This document shows, in pieces, positions 1 to 9,917 of a stretch of 64,000 nt of DNA (positions are counted from its first letter, which is position 1; each line of letters starts with the position of its first letter). Source of the DNA: Dehalococcoidia bacterium. Its GTDB lineage: Bacteria; Chloroflexota; Dehalococcoidia; Bin125. The notes beneath the pieces were generated by a model. The model made no database searches and had not been told where the DNA came from. It was given only the letters and a program-made list of their open reading frames with translations. The position numbers were made by a program, and so were the translations under genes. Location: NCBI GenBank assembly GCA_965237475.1, contig OZ250140.1:2786720-2850719 (forward strand). Direction: 5' to 3'.

Positions 1-2
1 AC

Positions 3-767
3 AAGGTGGCGCTGATCACGGGCGCGAGCCGCGGGATCGGCAAACAGCTGGCGATCGACTTTGCGGACGCGGGCTACGACATCGTCGCGGTGGCGCGCTC
101 GACCGCCGAATCACCGACCAAGCTGCCCGGCACGATCGACGAGACGGCGCAGCTGGTCCGGGACGCGGGCCAGCGCTGCGTCACGATCGGCGCCGACCTC
201 CAGGAGGTTGACGCGATCGACCGGGTCGTGGACACGACCTACGCCGAGCTCGGCCAGGTCGATGTGCTGATCAACAACGCAGCGGTTGCCCCTCCGGGCA
301 AAGCGCTCGATGGTTCGCGGAACCGTTGGCGGCTGGCGGTCGACATCAACGTCAACGCGCCGTTCTATCTGATGCACGCGATCTGTCCGCGGATGGTCGC
401 GAGCGGCGGCGGCGCGGTGATCAACATCGGCTCCGGCGCGGCGGTTTCGCCGGAGTTCGGACGCGTCTCCTACACGACGACCAAGCGCGCGCTCGAAGCG
501 ATGAGCGAATCGCTGGCGCACGACCTCGCCGGCACCGGCGTCTCGGTCAACTGCCTGCGCCTCGAGCTTTCGGTCTACTCGGAGGGCTACGCGTTCACGC
601 TCGGCGAGCGCGCCAAAGAGATGGAGTTCGAGGACCCGATCATCATGTCCGACGCGTGCCTCTGGATGGTCGCGCAGGGTCCGGAGTGGACGGGCCGGAT
701 CGTCACCATCGCCGATCTCCGCAAATACGGCGCGGTCCGCCCTCAGACTCGGATGACGTTCGATTAG
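3..767 (+). CDS. SDR family oxidoreductase (5' end runs off the window)
   Basis: KVALITGASRGIG (TGxxxGxG), NNAA and YxxxK (YTTTK) motifs; frame open to the window start. Confidence 0.9.
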   Translation, partial: KVALITGASRGIGKQLAIDFADAGYDIVAVARSTAESPTKLPGTIDETAQLVRDAGQRCVTIGADLQEVDAIDRVVDTTYAELGQVDVLINNAAVAPPGKALDGSRNRWRLAVDINVNAPFYLMHAICPRMVASGGGAVINIGSGAAVSPEFGRVSYTTTKRALEAMSESLAHDLAGTGVSVNCLRLELSVYSEGYAFTLGERAKEMEFEDPIIMSDACLWMVAQGPEWTGRIVTIADLRKYGAVRPQTRMTFD

Positions 768-827
768 GACGCCGGCCGGTCACCCCGCCGGCGTGATACT
801 CGCGCGCCGGCGGGCGGCGGCAGACGA

Positions 828-2270
828 TCAGGCTGCGTCTCCGTCAGGGAGTTCCGGCGCGCTGAGCTGGCGGACGTCGAGGTCGACGGGGCTGGGGTCC
901 TCGAGTTGTCGTGAGGCCTCGACGGCGCCCAGCTGCTCCATGCGGCGCGCCTGCACGAGGACGCGTGACTGAAACGAGCCGACGCTGTTGTTGTAGGCCC
1001 GCACGGCCGATGTCAGCGCCTTGCCGACGTTGCCTACATGGTCCGAGTACGTCGCCAGACGTCCGTATAGCTCGCGCGACGTATCGGCGATCTCCTGCGC
1101 GTTCTGCTGGATGTCCTCCTGCTGCCAGGCCACGCCGATGGTCCTGAGCAGCGCGATCAGCAGCCCTGGACTCGCGATCAGCACCTTGTGCTGGCTCCAC
1201 GCGTCTTCCCAGATGGTTGGCTGCGCGACCATCGCCGCGTCCAGAATCGTCTCCGTCGGCACGAACAGCACGACGAAGTCGGGCGACTTGCCGTCGATCG
1301 CAGCGGCGTAGTTCTTACTGCCCAGCGCGCGCGCGTGGTTCATCAAGGCTGCCGCGTGCTGGCTCAACGCCGCCCGCTGCTCGACTTCGTCGTGAGACTC
1401 GTTCGCCCGCAGATAGGCCTCCAACGGCGTCTTGGCGTCGACGGGGACGCTCAACCCGCGCGGCAGCTTGATCACGGCGTCGGGACGGATTGCGCCATCC
1501 TCGGTGACGGTGTGCTGCTGCCGCGAGTAGTCGACATGCTCACGCATTCCAGCGACCTCCAGCACGCGCTCGAGTGTCAGCTCGCCCCAGCGTCCGCGCT
1601 ATTGCGGCGAGCTCAAGGCCTGGCGCAGGCCGGTCGTGGTCGCGCGAAGCTCGCTGATCTGCTTTCCGGTGCTGCCGATCAGCTCGACCACCATGCCGTA
1701 GGCGTTCTCGCGCTTCTCCTCGATCTCGCCGACGCGCTTCTGCAGCTTCTCCAGCGTCTCGCCGACGGGCTTGACCAGGTTGTCGACGGCCTGCTGGCGT
1801 TTCTCGAGATCCGTGTCGGCGAGATCGCGGTCGCGCTTAAACTGATCCTCGGCCTGTTTGCGGAACTCCTCGCTGCTCAGCTGCAACGCATCGAGCGCCA
1901 GCCCCTTGAAGCGTTGCTCGAGGTCCGCTCGGTACTGCTCAAGTTCCTCGCGGCGCGCTCGATGCGACTGCTCCAGCGCGGCGACGGACTCCCGAGACGC
2001 CGCAAGCTCGCCGCGCAGTCGCTGGGTTTCCGTCCGCGCTTCAATCCCCTGCTCGCGGGCTCGCCGGAGTTGGTCCGAGCGCTCTTCGAGCGAGGTGTGG
2101 GCTGCGGCCAGATCGATCTGCGCGCTGGTCAGGCCGTTCGCAGTCTCCGCCTGCGAAGCGCGCAATTCGTCGACCTGCTCGCGTGCGAGCCCCGCGGCGC
2201 GTTGAGCCCACAGCCAGCCGGCGAACCCGCCCAGCGCCACGATCGCCAGCACAACGACTGCGATTTCCAT
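828..2270 (-). pseudogene. rmuC: DNA recombination protein RmuC, interrupted by one in-frame TAG at 1599-1601
   Basis: N-terminal TM helix and coiled coil (1599..2270) continue in frame through TAG into RGRWGELTLERVLE, RPDAVIKLP, VDAKTPL and DFVVLFVPTE (828..1565), which are RmuC motifs. Confidence 0.85.
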
Positions 2271-2414
2271 GCGCTACCTCCGCTTCGATTTCGTGAACGT
2301 CAGGTCCAGGCGAGTTGGGCCGGGAACTCTCGGGTCGGGCGAGCGTCTTGCCAGGCAAGGACGCGACTTCGCCGAGCGTACGGTGAGGTCGGATTCGGCG
2401 TGAGGAGGCGAAGG

Positions 2415-3185
2415 GTGAGGACGCTGCTCGCCACGCTCTGGCTTGCGCTTGGGCTCGCGATCAATCTGGTCGCGTGCTCGTCGACCGATCGAATGTGGGG
2501 TGAGGTGTTCTGGATCGGCGGCGATGTCGACCTGCCCAAGGGCGCCGTGCTGCGCGTCGCGCTGTCGGATGTCAGCTTCGCCGATACCGCCGCGATCGTG
2601 GTGGCTGAACAGGTGATCGAGGATGTCGACTCTCTGCCGCAGCGATTCTCGTTCAGCTTCGACAGCGGCCAGATCGAGCAACGCAACGACTACAGCTTGT
2701 CGGCACGGATTGAGCTGGATGGGCAGCTGCTCTACATCAACGACACGGTGCACAGCGTGCTCACGCGCGGCAGCCCCGGGCGCAGTGACATCGCGGTGGT
2801 CTCCGTCAATTCGACCGATCCGTGTCGCGCGCCGCTGCCCGGCTCCGTGGGCTTCTACGACGACGGCCGCTGGGAGGGGACCACCATTCCTTCGGGCGCG
2901 GTCGCCACCATCTGTATGCTCGACGTCTCCGATCCCGACAGTCCGACCAGCGTGGCCGAAACGGTCGTTCACGACCCCAGTGAGTTCCCGATCGAGTTCG
3001 AGCTGCCGCACGACGGTGTCAGCGTGGATCGGCATCACCGCTATGAGCTGGAAGCGACGATCACGCTCGACGGGCGCGTGCTGTTCGACGACGATGTCCA
3101 CGACGCGCAGCGGATGCTGCCCTTCGAGGTCTGCCCGAGCGTCGATCGGCCACTGTTCATCGAGGTGTTCCGGGTTGGCCCCTGA
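2415..3185 (+). CDS. Lipoprotein with two YbaY-like domains
   Basis: AGGAGG RBS at 2403-2408, GTG start, lipobox LVAC; two copies of LP.GA...V.L.DVS.AD...P..F...Y.L.A.I..DG.LL. Confidence 0.75.
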   Translation: MRTLLATLWLALGLAINLVACSSTDRMWGEVFWIGGDVDLPKGAVLRVALSDVSFADTAAIVVAEQVIEDVDSLPQRFSFSFDSGQIEQRNDYSLSARIELDGQLLYINDTVHSVLTRGSPGRSDIAVVSVNSTDPCRAPLPGSVGFYDDGRWEGTTIPSGAVATICMLDVSDPDSPTSVAETVVHDPSEFPIEFELPHDGVSVDRHHRYELEATITLDGRVLFDDDVHDAQRMLPFEVCPSVDRPLFIEVFRVGP

Positions 3186-3255
3186 CGGACCGACTGGGCC
3201 GGTCGAGGTGCGATAATGGTTCGCGAAGCCCGCACACTGTTCACCGGAGATTGAC

Positions 3256-4845
3256 ATGGAAGTCCCGCTGCTGGTCACCGATTTCCTGCGACGCTCGACG
3301 AAGCTGTACGCCGATTCCGAGGCGGTGGTCGATGGCGCTCAGCGCTTCAGCTGGCGCGAGTTCGGCGAGCGCGTCAACCAGCAGGCCAACGCGCTGCTCG
3401 AGATGGGGATCGGCAAGGGCGATCGCGTCGCGATCATCGCGCCGAACAGCCACCAGTTCCTCGAGACGTTTTACGCCACCGCCTCGATCGGCGCGATCAT
3501 CGTGCCGGTCAACTACCGCCTGATCCCGTCCGACTTCGAGTACATCCTGCAGCACTCGACCGCGCGTGTGGTGCTCGTCGACGCCGAGTTCACTCACCTG
3601 GTCGACCTGATCCGCAGCGCGGCGCCGTCGGTCGAGCACTACATCGCGGTCCCCTACGGCGACGCCGCGATCGCGCCGGGCTGGACCGATTATGAGGTCT
3701 GGATCGGCAGCCAGCCGACCTCTGCCCCGCCGGACGCGGGCCTCGAGGAGACCGACCTGCTGAGCATCAACTACACCTCCGGCACCACCGCGCGGCCCAA
3801 GGGTGTGATGATCACCCACCGCAACGCCTACATCAACACCTACAACTTCATCGCCCATCTGCGCATTCAGCAGAACGACGCGGAGCTGTGGACGCTGCCG
3901 ATGTTCCACGCCAACGGCTGGGGCGGCGTCTATGCGATCACCGCGATGGGCGGCAAGCACGTGGTGCTGCGCTCGCCGGAGGCGGATGACATCTACCGGT
4001 TGATCCAGGATGAACGCTGCACGTTCGCGTGCATGGCCCCGGCAGTGCTGGCGCGGATCCTGGAGTTCGAGCGCAAGGACGAGTTCGAGATCACCACACG
4101 CCCGCGCTTCACGGTCGCCGGCGCGCCGCCGCCGCAGGCCTTCATCGAGCGGCTCGAGAACGAGCTCGGCTGGGAGTTCATCCAGATTTATGGACTGACC
4201 GAGACATCGCCGATTCTGACGGTGGCGCAGCCGAAGCCGCATGTCGAGGTCGGCTCGCAGGCTTACTTCCGCAACAAGGTGCGCGCCGGTCACGATGTGA
4301 TCGGCGTCGAGGTCAAGGTCGTTGACGACGACGGCGCGGAGGTGGCGTGGGACGACGAATCGATCGGCGAAATCTTGGCCCGCTCAAACGTCGTGCTGCG
4401 CGGCTACTGGGAACAGCAGGCCGAGACCGACAAGGTGATCGTCGATGGCTGGTTCCACACCGGCGACATGGCGACGGTTAACGCCGAGGGCTATATCAAC
4501 ATCGTCGACCGGGCCAAGGACGTGATCATTTCGGGCGGTGAGAACATCTCCTCAATCGAGGTTGAAGACGTGCTCTACCAGCACCCCGGGGTGCTGGAGG
4601 CCGCCGTGATCGGCATCCCCTCGGAGCAGTGGGGCGAGACGCCGCTGGCGCTGATCGTGCCGCGCGAAGGCCAGGAGGTCACGCGGGACGAGATCGTCGC
4701 GCACTGCCGGGCCCAGATGGCGGGCTTCAAGATTCCGAGGCGGGTCGAGTTCGTCGAGGAGCTGCCCCGCACCGCCACGGGCAAGCTCAAGAAGTTCGAG
4801 CTCCGCGAGACCTACTGGGAGGGCGTCGACAAGCGGGTGAATTAG
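3256..4845 (+). CDS. Long-chain fatty-acid--CoA ligase (AMP-binding)
   Basis: YTSGTTARPKG, YGLTET, GWFHTGD and DRAKDVIISGGENI motifs. Confidence 0.93.
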   Translation: MEVPLLVTDFLRRSTKLYADSEAVVDGAQRFSWREFGERVNQQANALLEMGIGKGDRVAIIAPNSHQFLETFYATASIGAIIVPVNYRLIPSDFEYILQHSTARVVLVDAEFTHLVDLIRSAAPSVEHYIAVPYGDAAIAPGWTDYEVWIGSQPTSAPPDAGLEETDLLSINYTSGTTARPKGVMITHRNAYINTYNFIAHLRIQQNDAELWTLPMFHANGWGGVYAITAMGGKHVVLRSPEADDIYRLIQDERCTFACMAPAVLARILEFERKDEFEITTRPRFTVAGAPPPQAFIERLENELGWEFIQIYGLTETSPILTVAQPKPHVEVGSQAYFRNKVRAGHDVIGVEVKVVDDDGAEVAWDDESIGEILARSNVVLRGYWEQQAETDKVIVDGWFHTGDMATVNAEGYINIVDRAKDVIISGGENISSIEVEDVLYQHPGVLEAAVIGIPSEQWGETPLALIVPREGQEVTRDEIVAHCRAQMAGFKIPRRVEFVEELPRTATGKLKKFELRETYWEGVDKRVN

Positions 4846-4905
4846 CTGTGACGGTGCCGACTGTGCAACTCATCAGGAACGCCGATCGCGCAGTGCTCTC
4901 GCCGA

Positions 4906-6342
4906 TCAGCATGCTGGATCATTCGGTTGAACACACGAGAGAAACTCGGCTATGCCGGCGTATATCACGTCGATCATGTCGTTTGCGGGATTCAGGTCCA
5001 GGAGGGTCGAGTCGAGGCGTTCGCCGCTGTCCGACGCATTCTGTACGTGGAAGACGGAGTTCCTGAAGTCTCGCAGCGCTGACATACGCTCCGGATCCGC
5101 CGCGATCGCGTCGATGTAGGCGATCGTGAACTCAGGATTTTCTTGTCGCACCCTTCGATACATGTCGAGCGGCGGCACGAGCAGTGCGGTAGTCACCCGG
5201 CCGAGTGCGGCAAGGCGAACGAACTCGGACGGGGCTGCTTCGGTCAGTGTCGAGACGAACTGCGATGTGGCGCCTTGATCAATCGCGTGCACGGAGAGCA
5301 TTCGCTGCGACTGGCGCGTCTCGTTCAGAAGCACTCCTGCCGTGAGCATTAGCGATACGTAACCACCCCACTGCGCAGAGATGTGCGACGCGGTTCTGCC
5401 GGTGAGCTTCAGCTCAGCACGTTGCGTTGGAGGGTCCAGTGGTCTGGAGAGACTCGGCTCCATCGGTGGTTGGAACGTGTCATGGTCAGGGAAGTCTCCC
5501 ACGGTCCGGAGTGCCGAAGTGCTAGTGAGCCATTGTGAAATCTGACGAGCGTGGTCGACTTGACGCGATGAAGGCTCGCTGAGAGCATTGCGAGATGCGG
5601 GTTGCTGCAGTCGATCTGCGATCGCTTGAAGTTCGTCCGTAAGAGACGTGATGTTGCCAGCGTGCTGTATGAAGATTGGATGCTCTGAGCATTCCTTGAG
5701 ATGCATGTACTTGCAGATGAGCACCTGGGCGTCGGGCAGCTCGTCAAGCACCCGGTCCAGCCCGTGGCGCACCTTCTGGCGGATCCGGTTGATCGACTGA
5801 TCGAGCTCCGTCTGCAGGATAGCGACGTTCTTATACAAGCCCGCGGTGAGCAGTTCTGCTTCCGCGCTGCTGATCCCGGGTTTTGGGTGTAGTAGGCCGT
5901 GTCTGAACAGTTTGAGTTTCTGAATAAGTTCGATGTGCTCGGCGCAGGCTTCAGTTGCTCGGCGGTCGTAGAGCCGCGCGCGAGGTTTCGCGTGCTTCTG
6001 CAGAAACTCGAGCTCTGCATAGAGCACTGCGAAGTACAGCTTGACGGGCAGGAAGGTCGCTCGCTGTACGAGAGTGCGGTTCAGGGCAGTGTTCGGAAGC
6101 CCCTGATCGCGCAGCTGCTCGGCTTGGATGCGTTCGACCCACCGTGCGACCGGAGGAGAGGCCGGTGAAGCAGAACGTGGCGGTGGTCCCACACGCTGTT
6201 CGACGAGGGACAAGTGGCGCATGTTGCGGTACGCAGTGCGACGGAGACCCTCCAAGATCACCGTGCGATGGTAGTGAAAGTTCGAGAAGAGATCCGCGGT
6301 CGGCGCTATCCGCGCCAATGAGATTGTTGCTAAATCCGACAT
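4906..6342 (-). CDS. Hypothetical protein with two HEPN-like RxxxxH motifs
   Basis: 478-codon ORF (ATG 6342), more AT-rich than its neighbours; LKLFRHGLLH (5887-5904) and LRDFRNSVFH (5047-5064). Confidence 0.65.
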   Translation of the reverse strand: MSDLATISLARIAPTADLFSNFHYHRTVILEGLRRTAYRNMRHLSLVEQRVGPPPRSASPASPPVARWVERIQAEQLRDQGLPNTALNRTLVQRATFLPVKLYFAVLYAELEFLQKHAKPRARLYDRRATEACAEHIELIQKLKLFRHGLLHPKPGISSAEAELLTAGLYKNVAILQTELDQSINRIRQKVRHGLDRVLDELPDAQVLICKYMHLKECSEHPIFIQHAGNITSLTDELQAIADRLQQPASRNALSEPSSRQVDHARQISQWLTSTSALRTVGDFPDHDTFQPPMEPSLSRPLDPPTQRAELKLTGRTASHISAQWGGYVSLMLTAGVLLNETRQSQRMLSVHAIDQGATSQFVSTLTEAAPSEFVRLAALGRVTTALLVPPLDMYRRVRQENPEFTIAYIDAIAADPERMSALRDFRNSVFHVQNASDSGERLDSTLLDLNPANDMIDVIYAGIAEFLSCVQPNDPAC

Positions 6343-6407
6343 TCGCCCCCGACTGGCTAACACGGATGGGCAGGAACCCGCGTGGGAGATGAGGTCGCTG
6401 TCCGTCC

Positions 6408-7337
6408 CTACGCCAGGCAGCCCGAGAGGAAGCTGTTGACGCGGTTGGTGCCGTCCATGCCGGCGGGGGTGGGGAAGTTGTCGAAGCCGTGGGGGGCTTC
6501 GGGGAACACGTGGAGGTCCGTCTCGTGGCCGGCCGCCTGCCAGCGGGCCGCCATGAAGAGGGTGTCATCGAGCAGCGGATCGAGCGTGCCGACGATGAAG
6601 ATCGCCGGCGGCATGTCGTGCAGACGCGCCAGCAGCGGCGTCACGTCGGGGTCGTCGCGGTCCGCGGGGTCGACGTAGTGGTCGATGAACCATTCCATGA
6701 TCGGGCTGGACAGGATCAGGTTGCGCTCGCCCCAGAGCCGCGCTGAGGGGGAATGCCGCAGGTCGTAGACGCCGTAGATCAGCGCCGCGCCGAGGAAGCC
6801 GGTGTAGCCGTGGTTGTCGCGCATCCGCAACAGCGTGGTTGCCGAGAGGTGCCCGCCGGCCGACTCGCCGCCGATCGTGAACTTGTCAGTGCCGAACTCC
6901 GACTGACCGTTCTCGATCAGCCAGACAGCGGCCGCCTCGCAGTCATCGTTGCTGGCCGGCCAACGATGCTCGGGCGCCAGTCGGTAGCCGACCGAGACGA
7001 CGGCCTGTTGGGTCGCCTGGGCGCGCTCCCAGAGGCGCTCGTCGGCGCCGTCGTGCGAGCCAATCACCCAGCCGCCGCCGTGGATGTGCAGGTAGACGCC
7101 GTTCACGACCTCCGGCACGAAGACGCGGATCGGAATGTCGCCGGCCGGCCCGGGGATGGTGCGCTCTTGGGCGATGTCGTCGAGGCGCGGCGGCGGCGGT
7201 CCGAACGGCCCCCCCTCCGCGAGTGCGTCGCGCACCTCTTGGGGCTCCATCTCGCTCCACGGCTTCGCGTCGGCCGAGAGCGTCTCGATCATCTGGTTCA
7301 GCGCCACCGTCTGCGGATCTGCTCGCATCACACTCAC
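6408..7337 (-). CDS. Alpha/beta hydrolase, HSL-family esterase
   Basis: HGGGW, GESAG, DPLLDD, HGF catalytic motifs. Confidence 0.9.
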   Translation of the reverse strand: MSVMRADPQTVALNQMIETLSADAKPWSEMEPQEVRDALAEGGPFGPPPPRLDDIAQERTIPGPAGDIPIRVFVPEVVNGVYLHIHGGGWVIGSHDGADERLWERAQATQQAVVSVGYRLAPEHRWPASNDDCEAAAVWLIENGQSEFGTDKFTIGGESAGGHLSATTLLRMRDNHGYTGFLGAALIYGVYDLRHSPSARLWGERNLILSSPIMEWFIDHYVDPADRDDPDVTPLLARLHDMPPAIFIVGTLDPLLDDTLFMAARWQAAGHETDLHVFPEAPHGFDNFPTPAGMDGTNRVNSFLSGCLA

Positions 7338-7459
7338 CCTTCACGGTTCGGATTGAGCTCATTATACGAAGACCCGCGATTCGAACAAGCGTACTGTGAT
7401 CGCCGCGGCTCTTGCCGTGCGATGCTAGGCAGCCGGAACCCCGACCGAAAGGAAGGCTG

Positions 7460-7927
7460 ATGCCGATGCCCGATTCGATCGAAGCCACCGCTAACGGACT
7501 GATCTCACGCCTGTTGGACACGACCGACGGCCTGACTGCCGAGCAGCTCGACGCCCGCCCGCTCGACGAGGCGAGCTCGCTCTTCATCCTCGTGACGCAC
7601 GCGATCTCCGCGACCGAATGGAACTTCGTCGAGGTGCTCGCCGGCGGCAACGTTGACCGCACCCGACAGGTCGAGTTCGACGCGCAAGCCGCCGACTTCG
7701 ACGACCCCGCCGGGATGCTGCGTGACCGCTGGGCGAGCGCTCGAGACGCGATCCACAACGCGCTCGCGTCGCTTGATGACGACGAGTGGGATCGCCTGCG
7801 GATGCACATCTTCCAGCAGCGCGAGATCACGGGCTGGGATGTCGTCTGCTCGGCGCTCGCGCACACCGGCGAGCATGTCGGCCATGCCGAGCTCACCCGC
7901 CAGATGCTCGACAACGAAGCGCTCTGA
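7460..7927 (+). CDS. DinB/DUF664-like protein
   Basis: SLFILVTH ... AHTGEHVGHAELTRQ His pattern; GGAAGG RBS. Confidence 0.7.
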   Translation: MPMPDSIEATANGLISRLLDTTDGLTAEQLDARPLDEASSLFILVTHAISATEWNFVEVLAGGNVDRTRQVEFDAQAADFDDPAGMLRDRWASARDAIHNALASLDDDEWDRLRMHIFQQREITGWDVVCSALAHTGEHVGHAELTRQMLDNEAL

Positions 7928-7986
7928 CCCGTTAGCCTCGCGCCTGCACACTCACGCACGCCGAAGAATCAGGAATTGAGACGAAG

Positions 7987-8913
7987 ATGCCAGTTGACCC
8001 CGCCGCTCAGGTGTTGCTTGACCAGCTTGAGGAAGCTGGCGGGCCGGACATTTCGGAACAGACGCCGGAAGAAGCCCGGGCGATGATCGAGGGCTTCGCG
8101 ATGATGCAGCTCGGCGCCCCTGAGCCAGCTGTCGTCTTCGACCGCACCGTGCCCGGCCCCGCCGGCGACATCCCCGTCCGCGTCTACGCCACCGAAGGCG
8201 ACAACCTGCCGGTGCTCGTCTTCTTCCACGGCGGCGGCTGGGTCGTCGGCAACATCGAGTCGCACGACGGCGCCTGCAAGCAGCTGCTGGCCGAGCTCGG
8301 CGACGCGATCGTCGTGGCCGTCGACTATCGCCTGGCGCCCGAGCACAAGTACCCCGCTGCGGCCGACGATTGCTACGCCGCCACGGCGTGGGTCGCCGAG
8401 AACGCCGATCAGATCGGCGGCGACGGCTCGCGGATCGCGGTCTGCGGCGACAGCGCCGGGGGCAACCTCTCGGCCGTCGTGGCCCAGATGGCGCGCGACC
8501 AGGGCGGCCCGGCGATCGCCGCGCAGGTCCTGCACGTTCCGGTCACCGACCACAACTATGACCGCCCCTCGTACAGCGAGAACGCTGAGGGCTATCTGCT
8601 CACGCGCGCGAGCATGGTCTGGTTCTGGGACCACTACCTGCCCAGCGCGGAGTCCGGCCAGGAGGCCTATGCCTCGCCGCTGCAGGCCGACGACCTCTCG
8701 AATCTCGCCCCGGCGCTGGTCCAGACAGCCGAGTACGATCCGCTCCGCGACGAGGGCGAGGCCTACGCGGCCGCGCTGACCGAGGCCGGCAACGAAGTCA
8801 CCGTGCATCGCTACGACGGGCAGATTCACGATCCGCTGATGATGTTCGCGATCAACCCCGCCGGGCTCGAAGCGCTCAAGGAAGCCGCCGAGTTCGTCAC
8901 GTCGCGCTGGTAA
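7987..8913 (+). CDS. Alpha/beta hydrolase, HSL-family esterase
   Basis: HGGGW, GDSAGG, YDPLRDEG motifs. Confidence 0.92.
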   Translation: MPVDPAAQVLLDQLEEAGGPDISEQTPEEARAMIEGFAMMQLGAPEPAVVFDRTVPGPAGDIPVRVYATEGDNLPVLVFFHGGGWVVGNIESHDGACKQLLAELGDAIVVAVDYRLAPEHKYPAAADDCYAATAWVAENADQIGGDGSRIAVCGDSAGGNLSAVVAQMARDQGGPAIAAQVLHVPVTDHNYDRPSYSENAEGYLLTRASMVWFWDHYLPSAESGQEAYASPLQADDLSNLAPALVQTAEYDPLRDEGEAYAAALTEAGNEVTVHRYDGQIHDPLMMFAINPAGLEALKEAAEFVTSRW

Positions 8914-8947
8914 TCACGCGCTGCTAATCACGCGCTGCTAATCACGC
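8911..8947. repeat. 14-bp tandem repeat TAATCACGCGCTGC, about 2.6 copies
   Basis: Read directly; the first copy begins with the esterase stop codon. Confidence 0.9.
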
Positions 8948-8983
8948 TCCGGTAACGACCGGCGCCAGACGTTGGGCTGACCG

Positions 8984-9910
8984 ATGCCAATCACCGCTGA
9001 AGTGCAGGAGATCCTCAAGCTGCGCGCCGCGGCGCCGGCGATGCACACGCTCTCCGTCGAGGAAGCGCGCATTTCGTCCGCGGCCGCGCGGATTCAACCC
9101 GATCCACCGGAGCCCGTCGCCCGGATCGAGGACTTGACGATTCCCGGGCCCGCCGGCGACATCCCGGTGCGGCTCTACTCGCCCGATCCCGATACCCAAC
9201 TGCCCGCCTTGGTGTACTACCACGGCGGCGGGTGGGTGATCGGCGACCTCGACTCGCACGATCCGCTCTGCCGCACGCTCGCCAACCGGGCGAACGTGGT
9301 CGTGCTGTCCGTGCACTACCGTCTCGCGCCGGAGCACAAATACCCCGCCGCAGCCGACGATTCCTACGCAGCCGCGCAATGGGTCAGCGAGCACGGCGCG
9401 GAGATCGGCGCCGACGGCTCACGGATCGTCGTCTGCGGCGACAGCGCCGGCGGCAACCTCTCGGCGGTGGTTTCGCTCATGGCCCGCGATCGCGGCGGCC
9501 CCGAACTCCGCGGGCAGGTGCTGATCTATCCGGTCACGAACCTCGACTTCGGGACCGACTCCTACCGCGACAACGGCGACGGCTCGAAGGGGCTGTCGGA
9601 AGACGGGATGCGCTGGTTCTGGCAGCACTACGTCCGCACGCAGTCCGAAGGCTTCGAGCCGTACGCCTCGCCGCTACGCGCCGACACGATCGCGGAACTG
9701 CCACCCGCCCTGGTGATCACCGCTGAATATGACGCGCTTCGCGACGAAGGCGAGCTCTATGCGGATCGGCTCGAGCGCGGCGGCATCCCGACCCAACTCA
9801 CGCGCTACGACGGAGTGATCCATGGCTTCGTGAGCATGTTCGCGGCCGTGCCGGAGGGCGATACGGCCGTGAATCAGATCGCCGAGTTCCTCAGGGAGGC
9901 GCTCGCCTGA
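8984..9910 (+). CDS. Alpha/beta hydrolase, HSL-family esterase
   Basis: HGGGW, GDSAGG, YDALRDEG, HGF motifs. Confidence 0.92.
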   Translation: MPITAEVQEILKLRAAAPAMHTLSVEEARISSAAARIQPDPPEPVARIEDLTIPGPAGDIPVRLYSPDPDTQLPALVYYHGGGWVIGDLDSHDPLCRTLANRANVVVLSVHYRLAPEHKYPAAADDSYAAAQWVSEHGAEIGADGSRIVVCGDSAGGNLSAVVSLMARDRGGPELRGQVLIYPVTNLDFGTDSYRDNGDGSKGLSEDGMRWFWQHYVRTQSEGFEPYASPLRADTIAELPPALVITAEYDALRDEGELYADRLERGGIPTQLTRYDGVIHGFVSMFAAVPEGDTAVNQIAEFLREALA

Positions 9911-9917
9911 GCTACGG

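Noticed and set aside
1188-2414. 665-aa version of the YbaY ORF and other long antisense ORFs (e.g. 21506..24052, 30750..32513, 36452..37837)
   Set aside because: These extensions lie antisense to recognisable genes, are Arg/Ala/Pro-rich, and are typical high-GC shadow frames; the true starts have an RBS and signal peptides.
4850-6408. Cas13-like CRISPR locus around the two-HEPN gene
   Set aside because: Flanking intergenic regions are only about 60 bp with no repeat-spacer array, and the protein is far shorter than known Cas13s.
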